A DNA stretch of 64,000 nucleotides from an uncultured Alphaproteobacteria bacterium (GCA_944392845.1 CALXYE010000072.1:25558-89557); one strand, 5' to 3'. Counted from the first letter of the stretch, positions 1 to 10,146 are shown. The notes: generated by a model from the letters alone, not told the origin. Numbers and translations are program-made.

Positions 1-75
1 GTCCCGTTTTTTATTCCGGCGGGGATAAAAAAACGAGCGTCCCTTTGACAAAAGACTCATAAAAAAATATCCCCG

Positions 76-220
76 TTATCCACAATTTGTAAAGACTCGC
101 CGATCCGTTTGAGAGTCGCGTTTTTTTATACATTCAACCGTCCACATGCGCGTTATTCACCGAAAACGTTGATTTTCCTGTTGACAGCCTGTGAATAAGA
201 TTGCGTCCCACTTATCCACA
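76..220. promoter_or_regulatory. Cluster of DnaA boxes in the AT-rich region upstream of rho. Perfect TTATCCACA at 76..84 and 212..220. TTATTCACA on the reverse strand at 190..198. Weaker TTATTCACC at 153..161. A TTGACA hexamer lies at 181..186.
   Basis: Exact 9-mer matches to the DnaA box consensus TTATCCACA were read directly. The surrounding sequence is AT-rich with T and A runs. Confidence 0.5.
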
Positions 221-376
221 GGGACATACTCAAACATCATCTTTTTTTAATATATTTAATTTGATGAAAGAAAATCGTTGACGGCGGATTCAAAATCCAG
301 CAATTATAAAAGCCTCTTCAAAACAGAACGGCAATCGCCCGTTTTCCCTCACTTTAAAAATCTTAATCGGACTTAT

Positions 377-1630
377 ATGCACTTAAAAGAACTAAAGAAA
401 AAGTCTCCCGCCGAGCTTTTGACTATGGCGGAAGAATTAGGCGTTGAAAACGCTTCGACGTTAAGAACCCAAGACCTGATTTTCGCTATTTTAAAACAGC
501 TGTCAAAAAACGACATTGTTTTAATGGATGAAGGCGTCATTGAGGTTCTGCCGGACGGTTTCGGATTTTTGCGTTCTCCCGAATCCAATTATTTAGCCGG
601 CCCGGACGATATTTACGTTTCTCCCAGTCAGGTTCGTAAGTTCGGACTAAGGACGGGCGATACCGTGGAAGGCGAACTTCGCGCTCCGAAAGACGGCGAG
701 AAATATTTTGCCCTGACAAAGATCATCAAAATCAACTTCACGGATCCGGAAAACGTCCGTTTCCGCATTAACTTTGATAATCTGACGTCGTTGCATCCCA
801 ATAAAAAAATCAAAATGGAAAATGATTTGGACAACAAAAATATGACGTCCAGAATCATTGACCTGATTTGCCCTCAGGGAAAAGGCCAGCGCGGCATGAT
901 CGTGGCTCCTCCGCGAACGGGCAAAACGGTCATGATGCAAAACATCGCGCATGCCATCACTTCGAACAATCCCGAAATCTACCTGATTATGTTGCTGATT
1001 GACGAGCGTCCCGAAGAAGTGACGGAAATGAAGCGCACGATTAAAGGCGAAGTTATCAGCTCTACGTTTGACGAGCCCGCTTCCCGCCATGTTCAGGTTG
1101 CCGAAATGGTTATTGAAAAAGCCAAGCGTCTGGTTGAACACAAACGTGACGTCGTTATTCTGTTGGATTCGATTACCCGTTTGGCCAGAGCGTATAATAC
1201 CGTCGTTCCCAGTTCGGGAAAAGTATTGACGGGCGGCGTTGACGCAAACGCACTGCAGCGTCCCAAACGCTTTTTCGGCGCGGCCAGAAACATTGAAGAA
1301 GGCGGTTCCCTGACGATTATCGGAACGGCTTTGATTGATACGGGGTCGCGCATGGACGAAGTTATCTTTGAAGAATTCAAAGGAACGGGCAATTCCGAAA
1401 TTATTTTGGATCGCAAAGTATCGGATAAGCGCATTTTCCCCGCCATTGACATCACGAAATCGGGAACGCGCAAGGAAGAATTGCTGGTTGATCGCGCGAC
1501 ACTGTCAAAAATGTGGGTTTTGCGCCGCGTTTTGATGCCGATGGGGGTTACCGACGCAATGGAATTCCTGATAGAAAAACTGAAAATGTCGAAAAACAAT
1601 CAAGACTTTTTTGATGCGATGAATTCATAA
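377..1630 (+). CDS. rho: Transcription termination factor Rho. The ATG at 377 is preferred over the upstream TTG at 278.
   Basis: N-terminal RNA-binding region ([29 protein letters not shown]), P-loop GKT and RecA-like core typical of Rho. Length is about 417 aa. Confidence 0.95.
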   Translation: MHLKELKKKSPAELLTMAEELGVENASTLRTQDLIFAILKQLSKNDIVLMDEGVIEVLPDGFGFLRSPESNYLAGPDDIYVSPSQVRKFGLRTGDTVEGELRAPKDGEKYFALTKIIKINFTDPENVRFRINFDNLTSLHPNKKIKMENDLDNKNMTSRIIDLICPQGKGQRGMIVAPPRTGKTVMMQNIAHAITSNNPEIYLIMLLIDERPEEVTEMKRTIKGEVISSTFDEPASRHVQVAEMVIEKAKRLVEHKRDVVILLDSITRLARAYNTVVPSSGKVLTGGVDANALQRPKRFFGAARNIEEGGSLTIIGTALIDTGSRMDEVIFEEFKGTGNSEIILDRKVSDKRIFPAIDITKSGTRKEELLVDRATLSKMWVLRRVLMPMGVTDAMEFLIEKLKMSKNNQDFFDAMNS

Positions 1631-1668
1631 AAAAAAGCCCCCGAAAAATCGGGGGTTTTTCGTTTGTG
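1631..1668 (+). terminator. Rho-independent terminator after rho
   Basis: An A-run, then a GC hairpin (gcccccgaaaaatcgggggc), then a T-run. Confidence 0.7.
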
Positions 1669-1924
1669 AAAATTATCAAACGGGCTCGGAAGTTCTTACT
1701 TAAGCGGCGTTGATATAACGCCGAAATTCGCCGTGCGGCCGCTTCGGAAAAAACGGGAACTCCGATAACGGCGCAATATCGCGAAGGAAACGTTTCCGTT
1801 TTTTTGAAAAAAAAACGCATTTGCGTTTGCCGCGATCGTTTTGGGAATATTTGCTCATCACGCCGTTGAAATACCGACGGCAAGGTTGATAAAAAAATAT
1901 TTGCCGCTATAAAAAAGCCTCTTT

Positions 1925-2512
1925 TCAGAGGCTTTCTTTCGTGCTGGGAAGGCGTCCGTTCAAACGGGGATCCGTTTCCGAAGCGGCTTTTAAAGAGCGT
2001 GCAAAGGCTTTAAAAACGGATTCAATGATATGATGGGAATTGACGCCGTACAGGTTTTCGATATGAATCGTTGCCGCGGCGTGTTGCGCGAAAGCCGTGA
2101 AAAATTCGCGGAACACTTCCGTATCCAGATTACCGACCTTTTCCGTCGGGAACTTGACGTTCCAAACCAGATACGACCGCCCGCTTAAATCCAAAACGCA
2201 CCGGCTGAGCGATTCATCCATGGGAATGCAGGAAGCTCCGTAACGGTTGATGCCTTTTTTATCGCCCAGAGCCTTTGCAAAAGCTTGTCCGAGAGTAATT
2301 CCGACGTCCTCGACTAAATGGTGCGCGTCAACGTGCAGATCTCCGACGGCTTTGATTTTTATGTCTATTAAGCCGTGGCGGGACAGCTGAGCCAGCATAT
2401 GGTCAAAAAAACCGCATCCGGTATCAATGTCGTATTCTCCGCAACCGTCCAAATCTATTACGGCTTGAACGTCCGTTTCCGCCGTTTTTCTGGAAATATC
2501 GGCCTGACGCAT
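1925..2512 (-). CDS. hisB: Imidazoleglycerol-phosphate dehydratase. The six-frame ORF extends spuriously to 3163, antisense to hslV.
   Basis: The IGPD fold is conserved throughout ([15 protein letters not shown]...[15 protein letters not shown]...[16 protein letters not shown]). Length is 195 aa from the ATG at 2512. Confidence 0.9.
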   Translation of the reverse strand: MRQADISRKTAETDVQAVIDLDGCGEYDIDTGCGFFDHMLAQLSRHGLIDIKIKAVGDLHVDAHHLVEDVGITLGQAFAKALGDKKGINRYGASCIPMDESLSRCVLDLSGRSYLVWNVKFPTEKVGNLDTEVFREFFTAFAQHAAATIHIENLYGVNSHHIIESVFKAFARSLKAASETDPRLNGRLPSTKESL

Positions 2513-2641
2513 GGATAATTCCTTTCTTTTTACAAAAACCGCTTTATAAATTACCCGAAAGAACTTTTTAAAACAAGCGGGGTCTTTTTTTTCAAAGGAT
2601 TGCGTCTTATATCTAGGCGGAAAAGAAAAAGGAGTAACTTT

Positions 2642-3187
2642 ATGGAACAACAAAACGCGGCAACGTGGAAAGGGACGACAATTCTTTCCGTCCGTAAGGG
2701 AAGCGACGTCGTTATCGCCGGAGACGGACAGGTAACGTTCGGCAACACCGTTATAAAAAGCAACGCCAAAAAAGTCCGCAGGCTCGGCAACGGAAACATC
2801 ATAGCGGGATTTGCGGGGTCTACGGCGGATGCTTTCACGCTGTTCGAACGTTTGGAGGCCAAAATCGAAAAATATTCGGGACAATTGACCCGCGCTTGCG
2901 TCGAACTGGCGAAAGATTGGCGCACCGACCGTTATTTGCGCCGTTTGGAAGCAATGATGATCGTGGCGGATAAGGACGTTTCGCTTGTGCTGAGCGGCAA
3001 CGGCGACGTTCTGGAACCCGAAGACGGCATTATAGGCATCGGTTCGGGCGGCGCTTATGCTTTGGCGGCGGCACGGGCTTTGGCGGATACCGAAACCTCT
3101 GCCGAAGATATCGCCCGCAAGGCTATGAAAATCGCGGCGGACATTTGCATTTACACCAACCAAAACATTATCGTGGAAAAAATATGA
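2642..3187 (+). CDS. hslV: ATP-dependent protease subunit HslV
   Basis: The sequence ...[38 protein letters not shown] is typical of HslV, with the N-terminal Thr after a short propeptide. An RBS AAAGGAG lies upstream of the ATG at 2642. Confidence 0.93.
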   Translation: MEQQNAATWKGTTILSVRKGSDVVIAGDGQVTFGNTVIKSNAKKVRRLGNGNIIAGFAGSTADAFTLFERLEAKIEKYSGQLTRACVELAKDWRTDRYLRRLEAMMIVADKDVSLVLSGNGDVLEPEDGIIGIGSGGAYALAAARALADTETSAEDIARKAMKIAADICIYTNQNIIVEKI

Positions 3188-4494
3188 GTACTTCCTTCAG
3201 TCCCAGAGAAATCGTATCGGAACTTGACCGTTTTATCGTCGGCCAAAACGAAGCCAAACGCGCCGTAGCGGTGGCCTTGCGCAACAGATGGCGCCGCAGG
3301 CAGCTTGACCCGGCGTTAAGGGAAGAAGTTGTTCCTAAAAATATTCTGATGATCGGACCGACGGGCGTCGGTAAAACGGAAATCGCGCGCCGTTTGGCAA
3401 AATTGGCTCAGGCGCCGTTCATCAAAGTTGAGGCAACGAAATTTACCGAAATCGGCTATGTCGGCCGCGATGTGGAAAGCATTATCCGCGATATGGTCGA
3501 AGTCGCGGTAACAATGACGCGCAAAAAAATGCGCAAGGAAGTCCGCGTGAAGGCTGAAGCGGCGGCGGAAGAACGCGTTTTAGACGCTTTGGTGGGCGGT
3601 TCCGCCGGCGATGACACGCGTCAAAAGTTCAGAAAACTGCTGCGCGAAGGGGCTTTGGACGATAAAGAAATAGAAATTGACGTTTTGGATAACTCTTCAA
3701 ATTCAATGCCGACGTTTGATGTTCCCGGAATGCCGGGAGCCCAGATGGGAATGATTAGTCTGGGCGATCTGTTGGGCGGAAAAGCAGTCAACTACCGCAA
3801 ACGTAAAATGACGGTGGCGGATTCCTACGACGTTCTTGTTACCGAGGAAAGCGACAAGCTAATCGACGATGACAAGATCGTCAAAGAAGCCTTGGAATCG
3901 GTCGAAAACAACGGCATCGTCTTTATTGACGAATTCGATAAAATCTGCGGTTCCGACGAACGCAAAGGCCCGGACGTTTCCCGAGAGGGCGTTCAGCGCG
4001 ATTTGTTGCCCCTGATTGAAGGGACGACGGTATCAACGAAACGCGGGACGGTCAAAACGGATCATATCCTGTTTATTGCTTCGGGGGCTTTTCATGTTTC
4101 AAAGCCGTCCGACCTTCTTCCCGAATTACAAGGGCGTTTGCCGATTCGCGTCGAATTGAAACCGCTGACGAAAGAAGATTTCTACCGTATCCTGACGGAA
4201 CCCGAAGGCAATTTGATTCTGCAGTATAAAGAATTGCTGAAAACGGAAAATTTTACTTTGGAATTTACTGACGAAGCCGTTCGGGAAATTGCGGCTTTGG
4301 CGGCGGAAGTCAACGAAAACGTCGAAAATATCGGCGCGCGCCGTTTGCATACGATTTTGGAAAAATTGCTTGAGGAAGTCAGCTTTACGGCATCCGACCG
4401 TTCGGGACAAACTGAAACGATTACGAAAGAAACCGTCAGGGAAAAAGTCGGAGATTTGGCAAAATCTTCTGACCTTTCCAAATTTATTTTGTAA
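3184..4494 (+). CDS. hslU: ATP-dependent protease ATPase subunit HslU. Its start overlaps the hslV stop in an ATGA arrangement.
   Basis: [32 protein letters not shown], Walker [16 protein letters not shown], and a full-length AAA+ I-domain architecture. Confidence 0.96.
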   Translation: MSTSFSPREIVSELDRFIVGQNEAKRAVAVALRNRWRRRQLDPALREEVVPKNILMIGPTGVGKTEIARRLAKLAQAPFIKVEATKFTEIGYVGRDVESIIRDMVEVAVTMTRKKMRKEVRVKAEAAAEERVLDALVGGSAGDDTRQKFRKLLREGALDDKEIEIDVLDNSSNSMPTFDVPGMPGAQMGMISLGDLLGGKAVNYRKRKMTVADSYDVLVTEESDKLIDDDKIVKEALESVENNGIVFIDEFDKICGSDERKGPDVSREGVQRDLLPLIEGTTVSTKRGTVKTDHILFIASGAFHVSKPSDLLPELQGRLPIRVELKPLTKEDFYRILTEPEGNLILQYKELLKTENFTLEFTDEAVREIAALAAEVNENVENIGARRLHTILEKLLEEVSFTASDRSGQTETITKETVREKVGDLAKSSDLSKFIL

Positions 4495-4498
4495 TATG

Positions 4499-4535
4499 AA
4501 AGCCGAACGAAAAACCGTTCGGCTTTTATTTTACG
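4499..4535 (+). terminator. Rho-independent terminator after hslU
   Basis: Hairpin aagccgaacg / cgttcggctt followed by a T-run. Confidence 0.65.
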
Positions 4536-4544
4536 GGAAAAACA

Positions 4545-5042
4545 ATGGCTGAAAAGATATGTCGTCTGCTTTTGATTTTAGCGCTTGCAGGCTGTACGCC
4601 TTTATCGTCAAACGTAAAAAGATACAATGCGCTTCCCGCGCCGATTCAAACGCAAAACGGAACGGTCGCACGCAGCGCCCGAAAAATCGATACTTCGGAA
4701 GTTATTAAGACTGCCGTCGGCTGCCGTTATTATCAAACCGACGTCATTATACCGGGAGTACGGGCGTCGAAACCGTTAAAATTCGCGCAAGTTCTGGCCG
4801 CAAGCCTGAACCGGGCGAAAAAGAAAAATCCCGACGCCGCCGTTCGTTGCCGCCGAAGCGGAAACGATATAATCTATACGGTCGGCAGCATTGGCGAAGA
4901 AAGCAACGGCTTTTCGTTCGGATATGAAGAAGGAAAACTGATTTTAAACGGCATTGCGAAAGGAAACGGTGTTCGTAAATGTTCCGTTGCCGCCGAATGC
5001 GCTTCGAGATTTTTAAATGAAACGTCATTGGATCTGCGATGA
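4545..5042 (+). CDS. Hypothetical lipoprotein
   Basis: Signal peptide with lipobox LAGC. No recognisable catalytic motif. Confidence 0.5.
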   Translation: MAEKICRLLLILALAGCTPLSSNVKRYNALPAPIQTQNGTVARSARKIDTSEVIKTAVGCRYYQTDVIIPGVRASKPLKFAQVLAASLNRAKKKNPDAAVRCRRSGNDIIYTVGSIGEESNGFSFGYEEGKLILNGIAKGNGVRKCSVAAECASRFLNETSLDLR

Positions 5043-5575
5043 AGACTTTTTTCGAACTGTTTTGGGTCTTTTTTAAAATAGGCACATTCACGATAGGCGG
5101 CGGTTTTGCCATGCTTCCCGTTATCAGGGCGGAGCTGGTTGATCGCAAAAAGTGGATCAGCGAAGACGAATTTTTGGATATTTTAGCCGTCGTTCAGTCT
5201 TCTCCGGGGCCGATTGCCGTTAATACGGCCGTATTTTTAGGGTTGAGGATATACGGCTTTTTAGGGTTGATTGCCGCAACTTTCGGAGCAATCTTGCCTT
5301 CGTTCGTTATTATCCTGATGATTGCCGCGCTTTTTCAGGGGATACAGAACAATCCTTATTTTATAGCGGCTTTTAAAGGCATTAAACCTGCCGTGATCGC
5401 TTTGATTCTCGTTCCCGTCATTTCATTGGCCAAAAAAGCGAATGTCGGCGGCATAAGATTTCTGTTTCCCGTCGGAATAGCTTTAAGCGTCGCTTATGCG
5501 CATGTTTCTCCGATTTTTTTTATTATAGCGGCGATGGTCGTCGGTAACGTTTGGTTCGGAAGGTTTGGAAAATGA
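5039..5575 (+). CDS. chrA: Chromate transporter ChrA family, short (half-size) form, first gene of a pair
   Basis: CHR signature FKIGTFTIGGGFAMLPVI...SPGPIAVN. About 178 aa, half of a full ChrA. Confidence 0.8.
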   Translation: MKTFFELFWVFFKIGTFTIGGGFAMLPVIRAELVDRKKWISEDEFLDILAVVQSSPGPIAVNTAVFLGLRIYGFLGLIAATFGAILPSFVIILMIAALFQGIQNNPYFIAAFKGIKPAVIALILVPVISLAKKANVGGIRFLFPVGIALSVAYAHVSPIFFIIAAMVVGNVWFGRFGK

Positions 5576-6099
5576 TTTTTTTCGAATTGTTTTGGACGTT
5601 TTTTAAAATAGGTCTTTTCAGTTTCGGCGGCGGTTACGCAATGCTGGCTTTGATTCAAAACGAAGTCGTAAGAATTCACCAATGGGTAACAAATTCCCAA
5701 TTCGCAGACATTGTTGCCGTTTCGCAGGTAACGCCGGGTCCGATCGCGATCAACGCGCCGACGTATATCGGCTATCAGTCGACGGGAACGATTACGGGAT
5801 CTTTTTGGGCGACTTTCGGCGTTACTCTGCCTTCCGTTTTGGTAACGACGATTTTGTTCGTCTTTTTAAACAGATTCAAGGATTCCCCTTATATTAAAAA
5901 TGCTTTTAAAGCTTTGAAGCCGACGGTTATCGGATTGATTTTAAGCGCGGCTTTGGTTTTAATGACGCCTGATAACTTTTCCGGATGGCAAAGCTTTGTC
6001 TTTTTTGCCGCAGCATTCGCCGCTTGCTATAAATTTAACGTCAGTCCGATCACTTTGGTCATCGTTTCGGGAGCGGCAGGAATCCTGGTATACGGATAA
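5572..6099 (+). CDS. chrA: Chromate transporter ChrA family, short form, second gene of the pair. Start and stop overlap in an ATGA arrangement.
   Basis: A second CHR signature, FKIGLFSFGGGYAMLALI...TPGPIAIN. It is paralogous to the upstream gene. Confidence 0.8.
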   Translation: MIFFELFWTFFKIGLFSFGGGYAMLALIQNEVVRIHQWVTNSQFADIVAVSQVTPGPIAINAPTYIGYQSTGTITGSFWATFGVTLPSVLVTTILFVFLNRFKDSPYIKNAFKALKPTVIGLILSAALVLMTPDNFSGWQSFVFFAAAFAACYKFNVSPITLVIVSGAAGILVYG

Positions 6100-6155
6100 A
6101 ATATAATAACGATATCGAAATAATCCTTTTTATATCTATAAAAATCCGACCATAA

Positions 6156-6171
6156 TGTTTCACGTGAAACA
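6156..6171. promoter_or_regulatory. parS centromere site (TGTTTCACGTGAAACA) inside the 20-bp perfect palindrome 6154..6173
   Basis: Exact match to the canonical parS consensus. It lies upstream of rsmG-parA-parB. Confidence 0.85.
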
Positions 6172-6274
6172 TTGTTCTAAGCCCTTGACTTTGCATAAAA
6201 ATAAAAAATAAAAAATTTTCTTCTTTGGTTTTTTTGCCAAGATATGTATTTTTAGGTTAAACGATAACGAAAAA

Positions 6275-6290
6275 TGTTTCACGTGAAACA
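6275..6290. promoter_or_regulatory. Second parS centromere site (TGTTTCACGTGAAACA)
   Basis: An identical 16-mer about 120 bp downstream of the first, immediately upstream of the rsmG start. Confidence 0.85.
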
Positions 6291-6302
6291 TCGGGGAGTC
6301 TT

Positions 6303-6929
6303 TTGGTGATAACGACGAATCGGGATAACGTCATACGGATGTTGAACCTGTCCGAAACGGCGGCAAAGAAAACGGACGTATATGTTTCTTTGTTGGAAGA
6401 GTGGCAGGCCAAAATGAATCTGGTCAGCGCTTCGAGCTTACCCGATGTATGGAATCGCCATATTTTAGATTCTGCCCAACTTTATAAATTTATTGAGCCG
6501 GGCGATAAAATCATTTTTGATTTCGGCAGCGGGGCGGGCTTTCCTGCTTTAATGTTGGCAATAATGGATGAAACGCGGCAACGGGAATTTCATTTGATCG
6601 AAAGCGACGGTAAAAAATGCCGCTTTCTTGAAGCCGTTGCCGAAGCCTGCGAATTAAACGTCAAAATCCGTAACGAACGGATCGAAAAGATTTCCGTTCT
6701 TCCCGTCGACCTGATAACGGCGCGCGCTCTGGCATCTTTGGACAAGCTGTTGCCTTACGCGGCTCCGTTTATGTCAAAAAGGACGCGCTGCCTTTTTTTA
6801 AAGGGAAAGAAGGCGTTTGAAGAAATCGCGGCGGCAGAAAAAAAATGGACGTTTAAAATAACGGTTCATCAAAGTCTGTCCGGCGATGAAGGCCGTATCC
6901 TTGAACTTTCAGAGGTAAAAAAGAAATGA
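6303..6929 (+). CDS. rsmG: 16S rRNA (guanine527-N7)-methyltransferase RsmG/GidB. Uses a non-ATG start (TTG or GTG), or alternatively the internal ATG.
   Basis: SAM-binding motif DFGSGAGFPALMLAI and GidB-like length. The conserved position is immediately upstream of parAB. Confidence 0.85.
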   Translation: MVITTNRDNVIRMLNLSETAAKKTDVYVSLLEEWQAKMNLVSASSLPDVWNRHILDSAQLYKFIEPGDKIIFDFGSGAGFPALMLAIMDETRQREFHLIESDGKKCRFLEAVAEACELNVKIRNERIEKISVLPVDLITARALASLDKLLPYAAPFMSKRTRCLFLKGKKAFEEIAAAEKKWTFKITVHQSLSGDEGRILELSEVKKK

Positions 6930-7720
6930 CAACCGTGCATAAAAAACCGCGCATAATTTCCATTTCAAACCAAAAGGGAGGCGTCGGAAAAACGACGACG
7001 GCCGTTAATTTGGCGACGGCTTTGGCTGCCGTCAATAAAAAAGTCCTGATTCTTGATCTGGATCCGCAAGGGAACGCGACGACCAGCGTCGGCGTTGACA
7101 GGCGCAAAGCCCCTAAAAATATGTATCAGGTTTTAATGGGCGAAGAAAAATTATCCGCCGCCATCATTTGGACCAAAATTCCGAATTTATCCGTTGTTTC
7201 TTCCAGCAAAGATTTGGTCGGCGTCGATTTCGAATTGTCGGGTAAGGAAAATCCCCAGTTCTTTTTGAAAAAAGCGCTGGATGCCGAAATGCTTTCCTAT
7301 GATTACGTTTTGATTGATTGTCCGCCCGCCGTCGGAATGTTGACGGTCAATGCGCTGGTTGCCGCAGATTCGGTAATGGTTCCCATTCAGTGCGAATATT
7401 TGGCATTGGAAGGCGTTGCCGATTTGATGAAAACGGTTGAACGCGTCAAAAAGAACTTTAATCCCGCTTTGGACATTCAAGGAATTGTCCTGACGATGTT
7501 TGACGGGCGCAACCGTTTGTCCGATCTGGTGGCGCAGGACGTGCGCGGTTTCTTCGGTTCAAAGGTTTATAACACGGTTATTCCCCGTAATGTCCGTGTT
7601 TCCGAAGCGCCTTCGCACGGCAAGCCGATTTTGTTGTATGACTTTAAAAGCTCGGGCGCTCAGGCGTATATCAGTTTAGCGGGCGAAATTCTGAAAAGAG
7701 AACGGGAGTATGTAAAATGA
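6926..7720 (+). CDS. parA: Chromosome partitioning ATPase ParA/Soj
   Basis: Deviant Walker A: ISISNQKGGVGKTTTAVNLA. Confidence 0.95.
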   Translation: MTTVHKKPRIISISNQKGGVGKTTTAVNLATALAAVNKKVLILDLDPQGNATTSVGVDRRKAPKNMYQVLMGEEKLSAAIIWTKIPNLSVVSSSKDLVGVDFELSGKENPQFFLKKALDAEMLSYDYVLIDCPPAVGMLTVNALVAADSVMVPIQCEYLALEGVADLMKTVERVKKNFNPALDIQGIVLTMFDGRNRLSDLVAQDVRGFFGSKVYNTVIPRNVRVSEAPSHGKPILLYDFKSSGAQAYISLAGEILKREREYVK

Positions 7721-8736
7721 GTGCGAAAAACCTCGGACGCGGCTTGAACGCCTTGCTCGGCGACGACGATAACGAAACGGTCTATGTTCCCTCGAGCGGT
7801 GAAACGGTCAATACCGTATCTCTGTCTTCTTTGGAACCCAGCCCGTTTCAGCCGCGTCGCGTATTTGATGAAAATGCGATAAACGATTTGGTCGAATCCA
7901 TCAAAACCAAAGGGGTTTTGCAGCCTTTGTTGGTGCGCCGTAAAAGCGGAGATGCCGATAAATATGAAATTATCGGCGGCGAACGCCGTTGGCGGGCTTC
8001 TCAAATGGCGGGATTGAAAGAAGTTCCCGTTCTGGTCAAATCCTTTTCCGATAAAGAAGCGCTTGAAGTCGCTTTGATTGAAAACCTTCAACGTCAAGAC
8101 CTGAATCCTTTGGAAGAAGCCGAAGGGTACCGCCGCTTGATGGATGAATTTTCCAATACGCAGGAAGATCTGGCCAAAGCCGTCGGCAAAAGTCGCAGTC
8201 ATGTCGCAAACATGATGCGTTTGCTGGGGTTGCCTGATAAGGTTAAGGAAAGTTTGGAACAGGGGAAACTGACTTCGGGGCATGCCCGCGCCTTACTGAA
8301 TGCGAAAAATCCCGAACAGTTGGCGGAAATTGTTATTTCTAAGGGATTGAACGTACGCCAGACTGAAAAGCTGGCGCAGGGCGCAGGTGAAAAAAAGCCC
8401 CGTGCCTCGACGGTTCGTAAGAATGAAAAACAAGATGAATGGGATCAACTGGCGGCGGATCTGGCAAAGACACTCGGAATAAATGTCGTTATCAAACCTA
8501 AAGCCAGAGGCGGCGAACTGATTCTGACTTATTCAAATTTAGAAGAACTGGACGATTTGCTCCGTCGTTTGGGTGAAAAGAAAACCGTTGAAAATCAATC
8601 TGTTGTGTCCAAACCTGAAAGTAATGTTTCAACGTCGGAAAATGAAGACGTTATTTCATTTTCCGAAGAATGGACGGATATGCCGAATGATGACGATGTG
8701 ATCAGTTTGGATAAATTGGAAGGGAATAACGGGTGA
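7717..8736 (+). CDS. parB: Chromosome partitioning protein ParB/Spo0J
   Basis: ParB box (GERRWRASQMAG) and HTH region (QEDLAKAVGKSRSHVANMMRLL). Confidence 0.95.
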   Translation: MSAKNLGRGLNALLGDDDNETVYVPSSGETVNTVSLSSLEPSPFQPRRVFDENAINDLVESIKTKGVLQPLLVRRKSGDADKYEIIGGERRWRASQMAGLKEVPVLVKSFSDKEALEVALIENLQRQDLNPLEEAEGYRRLMDEFSNTQEDLAKAVGKSRSHVANMMRLLGLPDKVKESLEQGKLTSGHARALLNAKNPEQLAEIVISKGLNVRQTEKLAQGAGEKKPRASTVRKNEKQDEWDQLAADLAKTLGINVVIKPKARGGELILTYSNLEELDDLLRRLGEKKTVENQSVVSKPESNVSTSENEDVISFSEEWTDMPNDDDVISLDKLEGNNG

Positions 8737-8818
8737 TTTTTTTATTTCGGTTGAAAAACAAAATAAAACGATTTCGAAATAAACGCTAAAAATTTATTTT
8801 GATATCGTTATGAACGTC

Positions 8819-8845
8819 AAAAACGCCCTGTACGGGCGTTTTTGT
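8819..8845. terminator. Bidirectional terminator between parB and yraN
   Basis: Hairpin aaaaacgccctgtacgggcgttttt flanked by an A-run and a T-run. Confidence 0.65.
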
Positions 8846-8853
8846 TTTGTTCT

Positions 8854-9237
8854 TTATAAGGAAAAGGCATTTTTTATGTGTTCGGGCAAAGAAAAAGGCG
8901 CCATAAGAATAACGTCGAATCTTTTTTCGAAATTTTCGAATTCGGGATGCTGGGACAGGAAAAATTCGGCTCCTCTTATTCTGCGGTTTTGTACGTTACG
9001 GGAAACGGATTCGGCGGCTTCTTCTTTGGAACGGCGAAATTTGACTTCGATAAAGATTAAAACGCCGCTTTTGGCCGCGATCAGATCAATTTCCCCCGCG
9101 CCCGAACCTCTGGGCGGACGAAAATTTTTTTCAATGATCCGATAACCTTTCAGGCGAAGGAATAGTGCGGCTTTTTCTTCGGCATTCCGTCCGTCTTTAC
9201 GGGCTTTTGTCCCTTTTTCCTTTTTAAATTCCGTCAT
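8854..9237 (-). CDS. yraN: YraN-family (UPF0102) endonuclease-like protein
   Basis: The GEIDLIA...IEVKFR motif is typical of YraN. It sits just downstream of rsmI and overlaps it by 14 nt, as in the conserved rsmI/yraN neighbourhood. Confidence 0.75.
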   Translation of the reverse strand: MTEFKKEKGTKARKDGRNAEEKAALFLRLKGYRIIEKNFRPPRGSGAGEIDLIAAKSGVLIFIEVKFRRSKEEAAESVSRNVQNRRIRGAEFFLSQHPEFENFEKRFDVILMAPFSLPEHIKNAFSL

Positions 9238-10078
9238 TTTTTAACGCCAAAGCCGTTTCGTAGACTTGTTTTTTGTTTAATCCCGTCATTTTTACGGTTT
9301 GAGCGACGGCATCCTTTAAGGACATTTTTTGTAAAGCTGAAACAAGTATTTCCTTTAATTTTTCTTCGCCGATTTTTTCTTCTTTATCGGGCGGAGCGAC
9401 GACAAGGACAAATTCTCCTTTCGGAACGCCGTTTTTCCTATAGTTCGCAATAACCTGCGAAAGAGGGGCGCGGAGAGTTTCCTCGAACCGTTTCGTTAAT
9501 TCGCGCGCGACGGCGATCCTGCGGTCGCCCAAGACGTCAAGCATATCGTCAAGAGTTTCCCCGATCCGTTGAGGAGCTTCATAAAATATTAAGGTCGAGT
9601 TCACGGTTGAGAGTTCTTTAAGTTCTTTTTTGCGTGCCGCCGATTTAACGGGTAAAAAACCCGAAAAAAGAAAACGGTGGCAAGGCAACCCCGAAAGCTG
9701 CAACGCCGTCAGAACGGCTGAAGCACCCGGCACGGCCGTTACATAAACGTTTTCGGCGATGCAGTCCTGAACCAATCGGTAACCGGGATCATTGACCAAA
9801 GGCGTTCCCGCGTCCGAAACCAAGGCGACGGTTTCTCCGTTTTTTAAGCGCTTCATCAAAGCGGGGCGAACCTTGTCCGCATTATGTTCGTGATACGGCG
9901 TTAAGGGAGCGGAAATGCCCAGCAAAGAAAAAAGCTTTGCCGTTACCCGCGTGTCTTCACAGGCAACGATGTCGGCGGATTTTAAGGTTTTAACGGCTCT
10001 GTCGGAAATATCGCCCAAATTGCCGATAGGGGTTGAAACTAAATACAAACCTTTTATAAAAGAAGTTTCTTCGGACAT
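9224..10078 (-). CDS. rsmI: 16S rRNA (cytidine1402-2'-O)-methyltransferase RsmI
   Basis: Tetrapyrrole-methylase fold (GLYLVSTPIGNLGDISDRAVKTLKSADIVACEDTRVT). Confidence 0.9.
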   Translation of the reverse strand: MSEETSFIKGLYLVSTPIGNLGDISDRAVKTLKSADIVACEDTRVTAKLFSLLGISAPLTPYHEHNADKVRPALMKRLKNGETVALVSDAGTPLVNDPGYRLVQDCIAENVYVTAVPGASAVLTALQLSGLPCHRFLFSGFLPVKSAARKKELKELSTVNSTLIFYEAPQRIGETLDDMLDVLGDRRIAVARELTKRFEETLRAPLSQVIANYRKNGVPKGEFVLVVAPPDKEEKIGEEKLKEILVSALQKMSLKDAVAQTVKMTGLNKKQVYETALALKNDGI

Positions 10079-10146
10079 TTGCCATCCTTTTCAAAAACGG
10101 GTAATATGCCCTAGATTTAAAACGTTTTCAGGACAGGAGCAATCTT

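Noticed and set aside
278-376. TTG-initiated N-terminal extension of rho
   Set aside because: Rho homologues begin at the MHLKELKK region. The extension ([11 protein letters not shown]...) has no counterpart in other Rho proteins.
2513-3163. Upstream extension of the minus-strand ORF 1925..3163 (412 aa)
   Set aside because: Only the last 195 codons (1925..2512) are hisB. The extension is antisense to hslV, has no motif, and hisB has a proper ATG at 2512.
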